A DNA stretch of 64,000 nucleotides from Candidatus Latescibacterota bacterium (GCA_965243025.1 CBDETY010000003.1:1376001-1440000); one strand, 5' to 3'. Shown: positions 9,923-18,717, numbered from the stretch's first letter. Numbers and translations are program-made. The notes: generated from the sequence alone by a model not told the origin.

Positions 9923-9968
9923 TCACAATATATAGTGTGTCAGAAAAATTGTCAACCACATATTGCGT
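9923..9968 (-). promoter_or_regulatory. sigma70 promoter overlapped by tandem NrdR-like boxes
   Basis: Minus strand TTGACA(9955-9950)-N17-TATATT(9932-9927). Boxes tcaCaAtATaTaGtgt (9923-9938) and caaCcAcATaTtGcgt (9953-9968) resemble the NrdR consensus acaCwAtATaTwGtgt. Confidence 0.7.
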
Positions 9969-10341
9969 TTTTTTTGACTGTTTCATCTTTTTTTCTTGGT
10001 TCCCGGACCCAATTGTTGTGCCGCATGGGCACAATTCGGCAATTGAAAATCACCGTAATCCATTCTGCCTCCTGTAGTTAGAGCTCGACAAGAGGTGACC
10101 GCCCGATTCGAAAGAGCCTTGCCCGACCTTCGCAGAAGAGCCACCGTTGGGCAGCTTGTCAAGGTGCGCAATTATCTGATTTTTCATACCCTTACATCAA
10201 TTATTTCCCGCTTGGGGTAGATTGGGAGGCACCGGGGGGCGCATACTCTACTGACCCTCCCTTCCCTCCGGAGCCTGCTCTCTCACGCCGTTCGATCTGG
10301 TCGTCCGTCAAATTTTCTGATATTCGGATCTTTTTTTCAAG

Positions 10342-11541
10342 GTGCGCATTTCAAAAAACAGCCAGATTCTAATTGTCGGGGGGGGAATTGTCGGCCTGGC
10401 AATTGCTTTCCGGATGCTCGTCCGGTTTCCGGGCATCCGGATCACTGTTCTGGAAAAAGAGAAAGAGCTCGCCTTCCACCAGACCGGGCGCAACAGCGGG
10501 GTGCTGCACGCGGCTCCATATTACAAACCGAAGTCCTCAAAGGCCCTCCTCTGCCGGGCAGGATTGAAGTCGATGACCGATTTTGCCCGCGAACATGGGA
10601 TTCCCTACGAAATCTGCGGCAAGGTCATCGTAGCCAAGGAAGCATCGGAAGAGGAGAGGCTTCGAAAACTGTTTCTGACAGCGAGACAGAACGGAGTGAA
10701 CTGTGAACTGATTGGACGCGAAGCCCTTCTCGACCGCGAGCCGCACGTCCGGGGAACCCAGGCGATTCTCGTTCACGACACCGGCATCATCGATTATCGC
10801 GCCGTGGCCTATCGGCTGGCGGAGTTGATATCCGACGCGGATGGAGAGATTCACCTCGCTACCAGGGTTACCGGTTTCCATCGGGACGGGATGCAGCAGA
10901 TCGCGCTGACCGATGCAGGGGATTTCCGCGGGGATCTCGTCGTCAACGCCGCCGGTTTGTTCAGCGACCGCCTCTGCAAGAAAGCCGGTAGCCGGCCCGC
11001 AGCCAGGATCCTTCCGTTCAGGGGTGAGTATTTCGCGTTAAAACCGGAAGCCCACCACCTGTGCAACCATCTTATTTATCCCGTCCCGGACCCCAACCTT
11101 CCTTTTCTGGGTGTCCACTTCACGCGCATGATTGAGGGAGGTCGCGAGTGCGGGCCGAATGCCGTGCTCGCCTTTGCGCGCGAGGGGTACGAGTTCTGGG
11201 ATTTCAACGCCCGGGACTTCCTCGAAACCGTGACCTACCGGGGGTTTGTAAGGATGGCTTGGCATTGGCGCAAAGTGGGATTGGCCGAATTGTACCGTTC
11301 GCTGAGCAAGACAGCGTTCGTTCGCGAACTGCAGCAGTTCATTCCCGCAGTGTCGGCGGAAATGCTGGTTCCGGCTCCTGCCGGAATCCGGGCGCAGGTT
11401 GTGTTCCCCGACGGGGATCTCGCCAAGGACTTCGAGATTCTCAGGGAGGGCCCATTTGTGCACGTTCTCAACGCCCCCTCTCCGGCGGCGACCAGTTCCT
11501 TGGCCATCGCCGACCGGGTGATCGACGGAATGGAGGTCTGA
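10342..11541 (+). CDS. lhgO: L-2-hydroxyglutarate oxidase
   Basis: IVGGGIVGLA, HQTGRNSGVLH, PFRGEY, LIYPVPDP..PFLGVHFT, GPNAV, AGIRAQ, HVLNAPSPAATSSLAIA. Confidence 0.92.
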   Translation: MRISKNSQILIVGGGIVGLAIAFRMLVRFPGIRITVLEKEKELAFHQTGRNSGVLHAAPYYKPKSSKALLCRAGLKSMTDFAREHGIPYEICGKVIVAKEASEEERLRKLFLTARQNGVNCELIGREALLDREPHVRGTQAILVHDTGIIDYRAVAYRLAELISDADGEIHLATRVTGFHRDGMQQIALTDAGDFRGDLVVNAAGLFSDRLCKKAGSRPAARILPFRGEYFALKPEAHHLCNHLIYPVPDPNLPFLGVHFTRMIEGGRECGPNAVLAFAREGYEFWDFNARDFLETVTYRGFVRMAWHWRKVGLAELYRSLSKTAFVRELQQFIPAVSAEMLVPAPAGIRAQVVFPDGDLAKDFEILREGPFVHVLNAPSPAATSSLAIADRVIDGMEV

Positions 11542-11547
11542 CTTCCG

Positions 11548-12078
11548 ATGGCATTTCGAGTCAAACGGCGCGGCAGGCTCACCTACTACTACAGTGGAGA
11601 AAAACCGGTCCTTTCGGCCCTTGTAACCGAAGATCTGGGGGACGGCGATCTCCGGATTCATTTTGCCGGCCTGACCGGTGGCCACTCGGCGACAGGGATC
11701 CTCGACCTGGACCGGGTTCATACCATGAATCCCGCCGTCGAGGTGGACCTTGTGTTCAGGTGCTGGGAGAAATGGCTGCGCGATGCGGGGATATGCGATT
11801 CGATTTCCAAAATCGATTTCGTCGAGGTGCACGCCTTTGCCGCGCAGCCGAAGACACCCAACCCGATGCTGGAGCCGCAACGGTTCGCCGACGAACAGCA
11901 GCGTATATATAATGAATACGCGGAGGCGTACGGGAGTTTTTTCCAGGAACAGATGCCGGAGTGCGGCCTGCCCGCCCGCTTCACTGTTCACGTCGTCGAT
12001 TTCCCCGACAAGGCCGCCTCGTATGAGTTCTACAGCGTCGGCCTCTACCAGAAGAGCCTCCACGAGGATGAGGGATGA
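11548..12078 (+). CDS. Hypothetical protein, probable divergent RidA/YjgF (Rid)-fold protein
   Basis: Translationally coupled to its neighbours. Segments WLRDAG, YAEAYGSFF, LPARFTVHVVDFP..ASYEF parallel the Rid pattern LxxAG / NxxYxxFF / PARxxVxVxxLP...VEIE. Confidence 0.55.
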   Translation: MAFRVKRRGRLTYYYSGEKPVLSALVTEDLGDGDLRIHFAGLTGGHSATGILDLDRVHTMNPAVEVDLVFRCWEKWLRDAGICDSISKIDFVEVHAFAAQPKTPNPMLEPQRFADEQQRIYNEYAEAYGSFFQEQMPECGLPARFTVHVVDFPDKAASYEFYSVGLYQKSLHEDEG

Positions 12079-13346
12079 GCCGGACTTTCGACCTTCCTTT
12101 TGGACAGCGGGCGCTGCGGCTTTCTCTCCCTGAAACCGCAGAGGTCGACGTGCTCGTCCCATCGGCGGCTGAAGCGGAGGAAGACGAAGCGGGTATTGTC
12201 AGCCGAGCCCTCCAGAACCCGATCGGGAGTCCGCCCTTGCGGGAGGTGGTCAACCAGGGGCAGACGGCGGTGGTGATAACCAGCGACAACACGAGACCCT
12301 GTCCGTCTCCACAGCTGCTGCCTCCGATTCTCGGTGAACTCAAGGCGGGTGGCATCTCCCCGGACGACACCAAGGTCGTGGTTGCCCTCGGTCTTCATCG
12401 ACCTCTCTCGAGCAAAGAGCTGCGCGAGCTGGTAGGACCCGAGGTCTACGGTTCGGTGGAGGTGGTCAACCACAACCCGGCCAACGTGGTTCGGGTCGGG
12501 TGGACCAGGGCAGGCACTCCGGTCGACCTGTTCCGACCCGTGGTGGATGCCGATGTTCGGGTCGGGTTGGGGAACATCGAGTTTCATTATTTCGCCGGGT
12601 ACTCAGGGGGCGGGAAGTCCATACTACCGGGATGCGCCGGCGAGCAGACTGTCAGCGCCAACCACGCCCTCATGGTCGAGCCGGGAGCACGAGTGGGGAT
12701 CCTCGAAAACAACCCCGTTCGAGCCGACCTTGAAGAAGGGGTTGCCCTGGTCGGCCTCGAATTCATCCTCAATGCCGTCGTCGACCGCAACCACCGTCTG
12801 GTTGCCGCGGTGGCCGGCGACGCGACCCAGGCACATCGGCAGGGATGCAGGATACTCGCCCGGCGGGATGCCGTGAAGATTGACCGCAAGGCCGACATCG
12901 TAGCCGTCAGCTCGGGCGGCGCGCCGTTCGACCTGAATCTCTACCAGGCCCAGAAAGCGCTCGAAAACGCCGGCGCCGTCGTCAGAGACGGGGGTGTCGT
13001 CATCTGGGTGGCGGAGTGCCCGGAAGGCTACGGGAATTCCACCTTCGAACAGTGGATGCGGCAGGCGGAGGCACCTGAGCAGGTTATGGACCGCATCGCC
13101 CGCAGGTTCATTCTGGGGGGGCACAAGGCGGCCGCCATTGCATCGGTTCAGCTGCGAGCCGAAGTCTACCTGGTGTCGGCCATGGGAGTCCTGCTGCAGG
13201 ATGCCTGCGGAGTTGTCGGTTTCTCCGATCTCGACACGGCCCTCCAGGCCGCCATGGAGAAGGTCGGTGTTCACCCCTCGGTCGCCGTGCTCCCGCACGG
13301 GAGTTCCACCTTCCCGGTTCCGGACGGGGTAGCAGAAGCTGTATGA
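12075..13346 (+). CDS. Nickel-pincer-dependent LarA family 2-hydroxyacid racemase/epimerase
   Basis: SDNTRP, ALGLHR, HYFAGYSGGGKSILPG, NH, NLYQAQKAL. Confidence 0.9.
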   Translation: MSRTFDLPFGQRALRLSLPETAEVDVLVPSAAEAEEDEAGIVSRALQNPIGSPPLREVVNQGQTAVVITSDNTRPCPSPQLLPPILGELKAGGISPDDTKVVVALGLHRPLSSKELRELVGPEVYGSVEVVNHNPANVVRVGWTRAGTPVDLFRPVVDADVRVGLGNIEFHYFAGYSGGGKSILPGCAGEQTVSANHALMVEPGARVGILENNPVRADLEEGVALVGLEFILNAVVDRNHRLVAAVAGDATQAHRQGCRILARRDAVKIDRKADIVAVSSGGAPFDLNLYQAQKALENAGAVVRDGGVVIWVAECPEGYGNSTFEQWMRQAEAPEQVMDRIARRFILGGHKAAAIASVQLRAEVYLVSAMGVLLQDACGVVGFSDLDTALQAAMEKVGVHPSVAVLPHGSSTFPVPDGVAEAV

Positions 13347-13542
13347 CGGTCAGGGGAATGGCGTTACTGCTTTCGCAACGCTGACGAGAAACCTGGGGCG
13401 ATACGGGCTGTTCGTGCCTTCCCTGGTTTTGGGGGGAGGCCGTTGGAGGACTTGAGGGGCGGTTCAAGAGGTTGCGGGAACCTCCGCCTGTTTCAGAGTC
13501 GAATTCGCCCGGGGCCTCAAAACCCCTCGATCCCTTTTTCCT

Positions 13543-14667
13543 TCAGTGCGATTCCTGAGCTGGTGTCCCGAACAGGTCCAGTTGTGAGCTTGCCGGCTTG
13601 GGGACGGTGAACCCGGAAACACCGACACCAAGCAGCCGCACCCCGCGCTGGAAGGCTTGGGAACGGTGCAGTAACTGAACCGCGAGGTCCGCCACTACCT
13701 TGCCGTCACACAACCCTGTTGCATGTGTCCGTGACCGGGTAACAGTTTCGAAGTCCGGATAGCGAATCTTCACGGTTACAATCCGCCCCCGTAACCCGCG
13801 GCGCTGGAGGCGCGCGCTTACCCCCTCGCTCAGGCGTTCCAGGGTGGCTCGCATTTCTTCTGCGCTGAAAACATCCTCGGGAAAGGTTGTCTCACTGCTG
13901 AGTTGCTTTGGCTCCCGCCGGGGGCTGACCGGGTCATCGTCTCGACCCAGGGACCGGTGGTGGAAATAGAGACCCCTTTTGCCAAAATGATCCGTCAGTT
14001 TTTCCAGCCCGACTTTCGCGAGCTGACCGATCGTTCCGACTCCCATCTCCATGAATTTCGCTTCGGTGACTTTCCCGACTCCGGGGATCTTGCCAACAGG
14101 CAGATCCCCGAGAAAATCCGCAACCTGGCCCGGCATGACGACAACCAGGCCGTCAGGTTTGCGCAGGTCAGATGCCACCTTGGCAAGGAACTTGTTGGGC
14201 GCCAGTCCGGCCGAGGCTGTCAGTCCCAGACAGTTCCGGATGTCGGATTTGAGCATCTTCGCGAGCCGATGTCCAAGGGGCACTCCGAGCTTGTTGGTTG
14301 TGACGTCGAGATAAGCTTCGTCGAGAGCGACCGGTTCAATGAGATCGGTGTACTGGCTGAAGATCTCTTGCAGAGCATCCGATACCTTGCGGTATTTCCC
14401 GAAATCGCCGGGTATGCGAATGGCGTGGGGGCAGCGGGCAAGGGCCGTCTTCATCGGCATGGCGGAATGGATCCCGAATACCCGAGCCTCGTAGGAGGCT
14501 GCGGCAACCACCCCCCGGCCTCCCGGGTCTCCGCCGACGAGCACCGGTTTTCCCGCGAGGGAAGGGTCGTCCCGTTGCTCGACGGAGGCGTAGAAAGCGT
14601 CCATGTCGACATGTATGACTTTGCGGTTTCCAGTAACCGTCGACGAATGGTCCATCTCGTCAAGCAA
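13543..14667 (-). CDS. dinB: DNA polymerase IV
   Basis: IHVDMDAFYASVEQRD, AASYEAR, LDEAYLDVT, NKFLAKVASD..KPDG, VRLLGV, and the C-terminal clamp-binding motif QLDLF. Confidence 0.95.
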   Translation of the reverse strand: MLDEMDHSSTVTGNRKVIHVDMDAFYASVEQRDDPSLAGKPVLVGGDPGGRGVVAAASYEARVFGIHSAMPMKTALARCPHAIRIPGDFGKYRKVSDALQEIFSQYTDLIEPVALDEAYLDVTTNKLGVPLGHRLAKMLKSDIRNCLGLTASAGLAPNKFLAKVASDLRKPDGLVVVMPGQVADFLGDLPVGKIPGVGKVTEAKFMEMGVGTIGQLAKVGLEKLTDHFGKRGLYFHHRSLGRDDDPVSPRREPKQLSSETTFPEDVFSAEEMRATLERLSEGVSARLQRRGLRGRIVTVKIRYPDFETVTRSRTHATGLCDGKVVADLAVQLLHRSQAFQRGVRLLGVGVSGFTVPKPASSQLDLFGTPAQESH

Positions 14668-14689
14668 GGATGCAACCAGCCAAACGAGG

Positions 14690-15733
14690 CTACACCGGAA
14701 ACGGCAGTTCGCTGACGGTTACGAGGGAGGAAGTACCGTTCTCGTCCTCGAACGCCAGCTCCGTGCCGGGAGCGCAGAACTGGTTGCGGACGTAGGCGAG
14801 AGCAATCCTTGAACCCAGAATCGGGGAGAATGCTGTAGATGTTGTTTTGCCCGCCTTGCGTCCATCCCGGGAGACCAGCCTGGAGGATCCCTCGATTCGA
14901 CAGGCAGCGGGAATTCGCAGGCCGACCAGCCGCTGTTTCACCTTGTCGTATGAGTTGAGCCTGGCGATGACTTCCTGGCCGAGATAACACCCCTTGTCGA
15001 GGTTGATGGCACCATCCAATCCGGCTTCCCAGGGATTGTGATCCTCCGTCAGCTCGGTCCCCAATGCGGGCAAACCTTCCTCGATCCTGATGGTTTCGAA
15101 CCCGCCGTCGCTGAGTTGCTCCGCTCCCGCATCGCGCATTTCCAGAATCAAGGTCCCGATGTGGGAAGGATCTCCGATCAGTCGGATGCCTGGCAGGCGG
15201 CCGTAGCGGAGGCCGAGAAGCCACGGCTTCGGACTACCGGTTGAGATCAGGCGGTGTGGCGGGATCGGTTGACCTGCACCTCTCAGCCCCGGGAAGATCC
15301 CGGAAAGAATGGGGACTGACCCAGGACCGATTACCTCCATTGCCCCCGTCCTGGAAGTCAGGTCTTGAATCGAAATCTCCTCGTTGAAGATGAAGCGGTC
15401 GAGCCAGCCGACCAGCCGCCCCCCGCGCGAGGAGGGTATCACAAGGAGGGTGTTGTCATCGTCGAGGCGGGTGAATCCGCCCCAGGAAACGATGCGCCCC
15501 CGATTGTCGGTGAAAACCGCATCAACCCCTTCTCCACGTTGGAGATCGAGAAAATCGTTGGTTGTAAGGCGGTGCAGGATGCCGAGGTGATCGGACCCGG
15601 AGAGAAGAAGACGGGTGAAGGGCGTGATTTCCCTGAAAACCGCCCGATTTCTCGCCGCCGCAGTTTCCACCGTAATTCCGGGGGAGGGGGAGTCCCCCAG
15701 GCTCCATGCCCCGCGTCGGTTGTTTTCAGCCAT
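14690..15733 (-). CDS. ygfZ: YgfZ/GcvT-like folate-binding protein
   Basis: KGCYLGQE signature, RIEEGLP, GcvT-like C-terminus (IALAYV). Confidence 0.85.
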   Translation of the reverse strand: MAENNRRGAWSLGDSPSPGITVETAAARNRAVFREITPFTRLLLSGSDHLGILHRLTTNDFLDLQRGEGVDAVFTDNRGRIVSWGGFTRLDDDNTLLVIPSSRGGRLVGWLDRFIFNEEISIQDLTSRTGAMEVIGPGSVPILSGIFPGLRGAGQPIPPHRLISTGSPKPWLLGLRYGRLPGIRLIGDPSHIGTLILEMRDAGAEQLSDGGFETIRIEEGLPALGTELTEDHNPWEAGLDGAINLDKGCYLGQEVIARLNSYDKVKQRLVGLRIPAACRIEGSSRLVSRDGRKAGKTTSTAFSPILGSRIALAYVRNQFCAPGTELAFEDENGTSSLVTVSELPFPV

Positions 15734-15962
15734 GGTCCAGTCCCGAATTCAAGGGTCGGAATGACCCTTGGGTGCCAGGAGAGAGCCTTGTCCTGCTCCT
15801 CCAAATACAGGAGACCATGGGCAAATGCAAATCCGTTCCCATGGTTTCTCCATCGGTATGGAGTCAAGATATACGTCAAGCATACCCGGGCAATCGATTT
15901 TCCTCCGGAATCCGGGAATCCCTCCGGTCTGGACTGAAATCCCTCGGAAGAGGACCAGTCAG

Positions 15963-15991
15963 TTGCGTGGAAAGACCCATTTGTCTATATT
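15963..15991 (+). promoter_or_regulatory. sigma70-type promoter of greA
   Basis: TTGCGT-N17-TATATT. Confidence 0.65.
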
Positions 15992-16017
15992 GGCGACATC
16001 CCATACGAAAAACCATG

Positions 16018-16056
16018 AGCGGAAGCGACGGGCTGTTTCAAACGCTTCCGCTTTTT
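16018..16056 (+). terminator. Terminator-like hairpin in the greA leader
   Basis: AGCGGAAGCG/CGCTTCCGCT 10-bp stem followed by TTTTGTAT. Confidence 0.55.
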
Positions 16057-16133
16057 GTATGCACCCCTCGCAAGGCATCCTGGGGGGGAATTCTGTATGG
16101 GGTTCGAAGTGTTGGAGGTGGGATCCCCCCGCC

Positions 16134-16165
16134 GCAGCTTGCTCGAGTAGCAGCTTGCTCGAGTA
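16134..16165. repeat. Perfect 16-bp tandem duplication (GCAGCTTGCTCGAGTA x2)
   Basis: Read directly from the sequence, immediately before the greA SD. Confidence 0.9.
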
Positions 16166-16182
16166 CAGGAGAGTGTCATCCA

Positions 16183-16653
16183 ATGAGCGAAGTGTACCTG
16201 TCGAGAGAAGGCTACCAGAAGCTCCAAGAGGAACTGCGTGAACTGAAGGGAACCGAACGTCCGACGGTTCGAGCCGCCCTCCAGCACGCGCGGGAGTTTG
16301 GAGACCTGTCCGAGAACGCAGAATACTCGGCCGCCAAAGAGCGTCTGATGTTTCTCGAGCAGCGAATCAACAAGCTTGAGGAAACCCTCAGCAGGGCGCG
16401 TCTCATCGAAAACGAGAACATCCCGGGGGACAAGGTGTACATCGGGGCTACTGTCGAGCTGCTCGACCTCGAGAAGAACCGGGAGCTTACCTACACCCTG
16501 GTGTCCCCGGAGGAGGCGGACTTCGAGGAGGGGAAGATCTCCACCGTGTCACCGATCGGGAAGGGCCTTCTCGGTCACCAGGAGGGGGAGGAGGTCGAAA
16601 TCCTGGTCCCGGCAGGACGTCTTCACTACAAGATCGTCAGCATTTCCCGTTGA
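16183..16653 (+). CDS. greA: Transcription elongation factor GreA
   Basis: AREFGDLSENAEY, KISTVSPIGKGLLG. AGGAG SD upstream. Confidence 0.96.
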   Translation: MSEVYLSREGYQKLQEELRELKGTERPTVRAALQHAREFGDLSENAEYSAAKERLMFLEQRINKLEETLSRARLIENENIPGDKVYIGATVELLDLEKNRELTYTLVSPEEADFEEGKISTVSPIGKGLLGHQEGEEVEILVPAGRLHYKIVSISR

Positions 16654-16704
16654 AAAACCGACCGGTCCGGTGCAACGCCATCTCTCGCAAGCAGTTGGAC
16701 TCTA

Positions 16705-16733
16705 TTGACATTCCATTTCCGGGTACGTATCTT
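16705..16733 (+). promoter_or_regulatory. sigma70 promoter of the tRNA-rpmG-secE operon
   Basis: TTGACA-N17-TATCTT. Confidence 0.75.
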
Positions 16734-16802
16734 TTAAAGTCTGTAACTTTTTCGGACATGCGGCCTGATTAGAGTGTCCTCAGGGCCCGGGTAGCGGACG
16801 TT

Positions 16803-16879
16803 GCGGGAGTAGCTCAGTTGGCTAGAGCGCGAGCCTTCCAAGCTCGATGTCGCGGGTTCGAGTCCCGTTTCCCGCTCCA
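16803..16879 (+). tRNA. tRNA-Gly(TCC)
   Basis: Cloverleaf; anticodon arm CGAGC-CTTCCAA-GCTCG; GGTTCGAGTCC; encoded CCA. Confidence 0.97.
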
Positions 16880-16893
16880 TTTCGGGTTACGCG

Positions 16894-16969
<76 letters not shown>

Positions 16970-17079
16970 GATTCTCTTGCAGTTTTAAACTCCATAGCTG
17001 GAAACAGGTTAGGGACTTTTCGGCTCTAGCATTCGGGCCGCCGGCCCCTGACCGTCAGCTGAAATTGGGACAGGGCGGC

Positions 17080-17232
17080 ATGCCACGCGACCAGATTCAC
17101 CTTGCATGCGACAGTTGCAGCAGGCAAAACTACTCGGCTACCAAGAACAGGCGCACACATCCCGGCCGCGTGGAGTACAGGAAATACTGCCGGTTCTGCC
17201 GCAAACACACGTCACACCGAGAAACCCGCTGA
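17080..17232 (+). CDS. rpmG: 50S ribosomal protein L33 (Zn-ribbon form)
   Basis: MPRDQIHLACDSCSRQNYSATKNRRTHPGRVEYRKYCRFCRKHTSHRETR (manual translation, below the ORF track cutoff). Confidence 0.95.
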   Translation: MPRDQIHLACDSCSRQNYSATKNRRTHPGRVEYRKYCRFCRKHTSHRETR

Positions 17233-17266
17233 ATTTTCTGCGAGTAGATCGACACACGAATCTGTT

Positions 17267-17339
17267 AGGTCTGTAGCTCAATTGGTAGAGCACTGGTCTC
17301 CAAAACCAGCGGTTGCAGGTTCGAGTCCTGCCAGGCCTG
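17267..17339 (+). tRNA. tRNA-Trp(CCA)
   Basis: AGGTCTG/CAGGCCT acceptor; CTGGT-CTCCAAA-ACCAG anticodon arm; 3' CCA not encoded. Confidence 0.96.
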
Positions 17340-17379
17340 GTTTTTTCCAGAGCAGGTAGCGGAATCCGGGCTACGGGGG

Positions 17380-17568
17380 ATGTGGGAAAAAGTCACCACC
17401 TTTTTGGTCGAGGTCCGCACGGAGTTTACGAGGGTCATATGGCCAACGCGAACCGAACTGGTCAATTCGACCACCATTGTGATCGTGTTTTCCATAGCCT
17501 TCGCCATCTTCATCGGGTTGTTCGACCTGGTCCTGTCCTACGTCCGCTCGATCCTGCTGGTTCTTTGA
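17380..17568 (+). CDS. secE: Preprotein translocase subunit SecE
   Basis: FLVEVRTEFTRVIWPTRTEL plus one TM helix; lies between tRNA-Trp and nusG. Confidence 0.93.
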   Translation: MWEKVTTFLVEVRTEFTRVIWPTRTELVNSTTIVIVFSIAFAIFIGLFDLVLSYVRSILLVL

Positions 17569-17583
17569 GGCCCCGTCGATAAC

Positions 17584-18180
17584 GTGACTTCCCCCTCTCC
17601 GCCATCCCAATCCACAGCAAGCGAGGCAGTTCTCAAGCAGTGGTATGCTCTGCACACCTACTCGGGGCACGAAAACAAAGTCAAGGCCTACCTGGAATCG
17701 CTGATTCAATCCGGTGATGCAGGAGGAGCCATCTACCAGGCTGTCGTCCCGACCGAAGAGGTTGTGGAGATGAGGGGTGGCAAGAAAACCGTTACGAAGA
17801 AGCGCTTCTTGCCCAGCTACGTCCTTGTCGAAATGGAGATGAACAAGGACGCTTGGCACATTGTCACCAACATTCCCGGAGTAACGAATTTCGTTGGGCC
17901 TGGTCGCAAGCCTCAGGCACTCACCCAGGAAGAGGTTTCCCACATTCTCGGCCACATAGATCGCCGAAAGTCCCATGAGGTTGAAGAGATCCCGTTCCTG
18001 GTCGGGGATCAGGTCAAGGTAAACGACGGTGCGTTCAAGGACTTTGTCGGTACGGTTCAGGAGGTGATTCCCGAAAAACGCAGGTTGAAGATCGTGGTAA
18101 GCATTTTCGGGCGCGGAACTCCAGTCGAACTCGATGTCCTTCAGGTTGAGCCGGTGGAGGAACGTTCAGCCAGCCGTTGA
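17584..18180 (+). CDS. nusG: Transcription termination/antitermination factor NusG
   Basis: WYALHTYSGHENKV, PSYVLVEM, PGVTNFVG, VSIFGRGTPVEL. Confidence 0.96.
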   Translation: MTSPSPPSQSTASEAVLKQWYALHTYSGHENKVKAYLESLIQSGDAGGAIYQAVVPTEEVVEMRGGKKTVTKKRFLPSYVLVEMEMNKDAWHIVTNIPGVTNFVGPGRKPQALTQEEVSHILGHIDRRKSHEVEEIPFLVGDQVKVNDGAFKDFVGTVQEVIPEKRRLKIVVSIFGRGTPVELDVLQVEPVEERSASR

Positions 18181-18213
18181 GCCCGGGTATTTGGCGAGGG
18201 GAACGAATTACAA

Positions 18214-18678
18214 ATGGCGAAAAAAGAACTCGCGGTGATCAAGCTGCAGATACCGGCCGGGGGGGCGAGCCCCACTCCTCCCGTGGGGCCGGCGCTCGGC
18301 CAACACGGCGTCAACATCATGGAATTCTGCAAAGCGTTTAACGCCGGCACTCAGGACAGGCAGGGCCTGATCATACCAGTGGTAATTACGGTATTTGCCG
18401 ACCGTAGCTTCACTTTCATAACCAAGACCCCTCCGGCCTCGGTTTTACTGAAAAAAGCCGCAGGCATCGAGAAGGGGTCGGGAGTCCCGAACCGCGACAA
18501 GGTCGGCACCGTGACTCGTGAGCAATTGGTTGAGATTGCCGAGACCAAGATGGAAGACCTGAATGCCGATTCGGTTGCCGCCGCCGTCGAGATGATCGCT
18601 GGAACGGCCCGGAGCATGGGCTTGATCGTCGGCTCCCCTGGAGCAGAAGCCACAACGAGCGAGGACGTCGAAAACTGA
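18214..18678 (+). CDS. rplK: 50S ribosomal protein L11
   Basis: [30 protein letters not shown]. Confidence 0.98.
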   Translation: MAKKELAVIKLQIPAGGASPTPPVGPALGQHGVNIMEFCKAFNAGTQDRQGLIIPVVITVFADRSFTFITKTPPASVLLKKAAGIEKGSGVPNRDKVGTVTREQLVEIAETKMEDLNADSVAAAVEMIAGTARSMGLIVGSPGAEATTSEDVEN

Positions 18679-18717
18679 ACCGGGAAAACGCCTGCCGCTG
18701 AACTAGAGGAGAGAGCC

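Noticed and set aside
13347-13542. Intergenic hairpins between larA and dinB (for example GAGGTT-GCGGG-AACCTC)
   Set aside because: Short and sparse, within chance for this GC content; at most terminator-related.
15706-16182. Apparent N-terminal extension of GreA (likewise for rplC, rplB, rpsK, DUF58 and others)
   Set aside because: Open-frame run-ups through promoters, leaders or upstream genes; homology and SD positions support the downstream starts.
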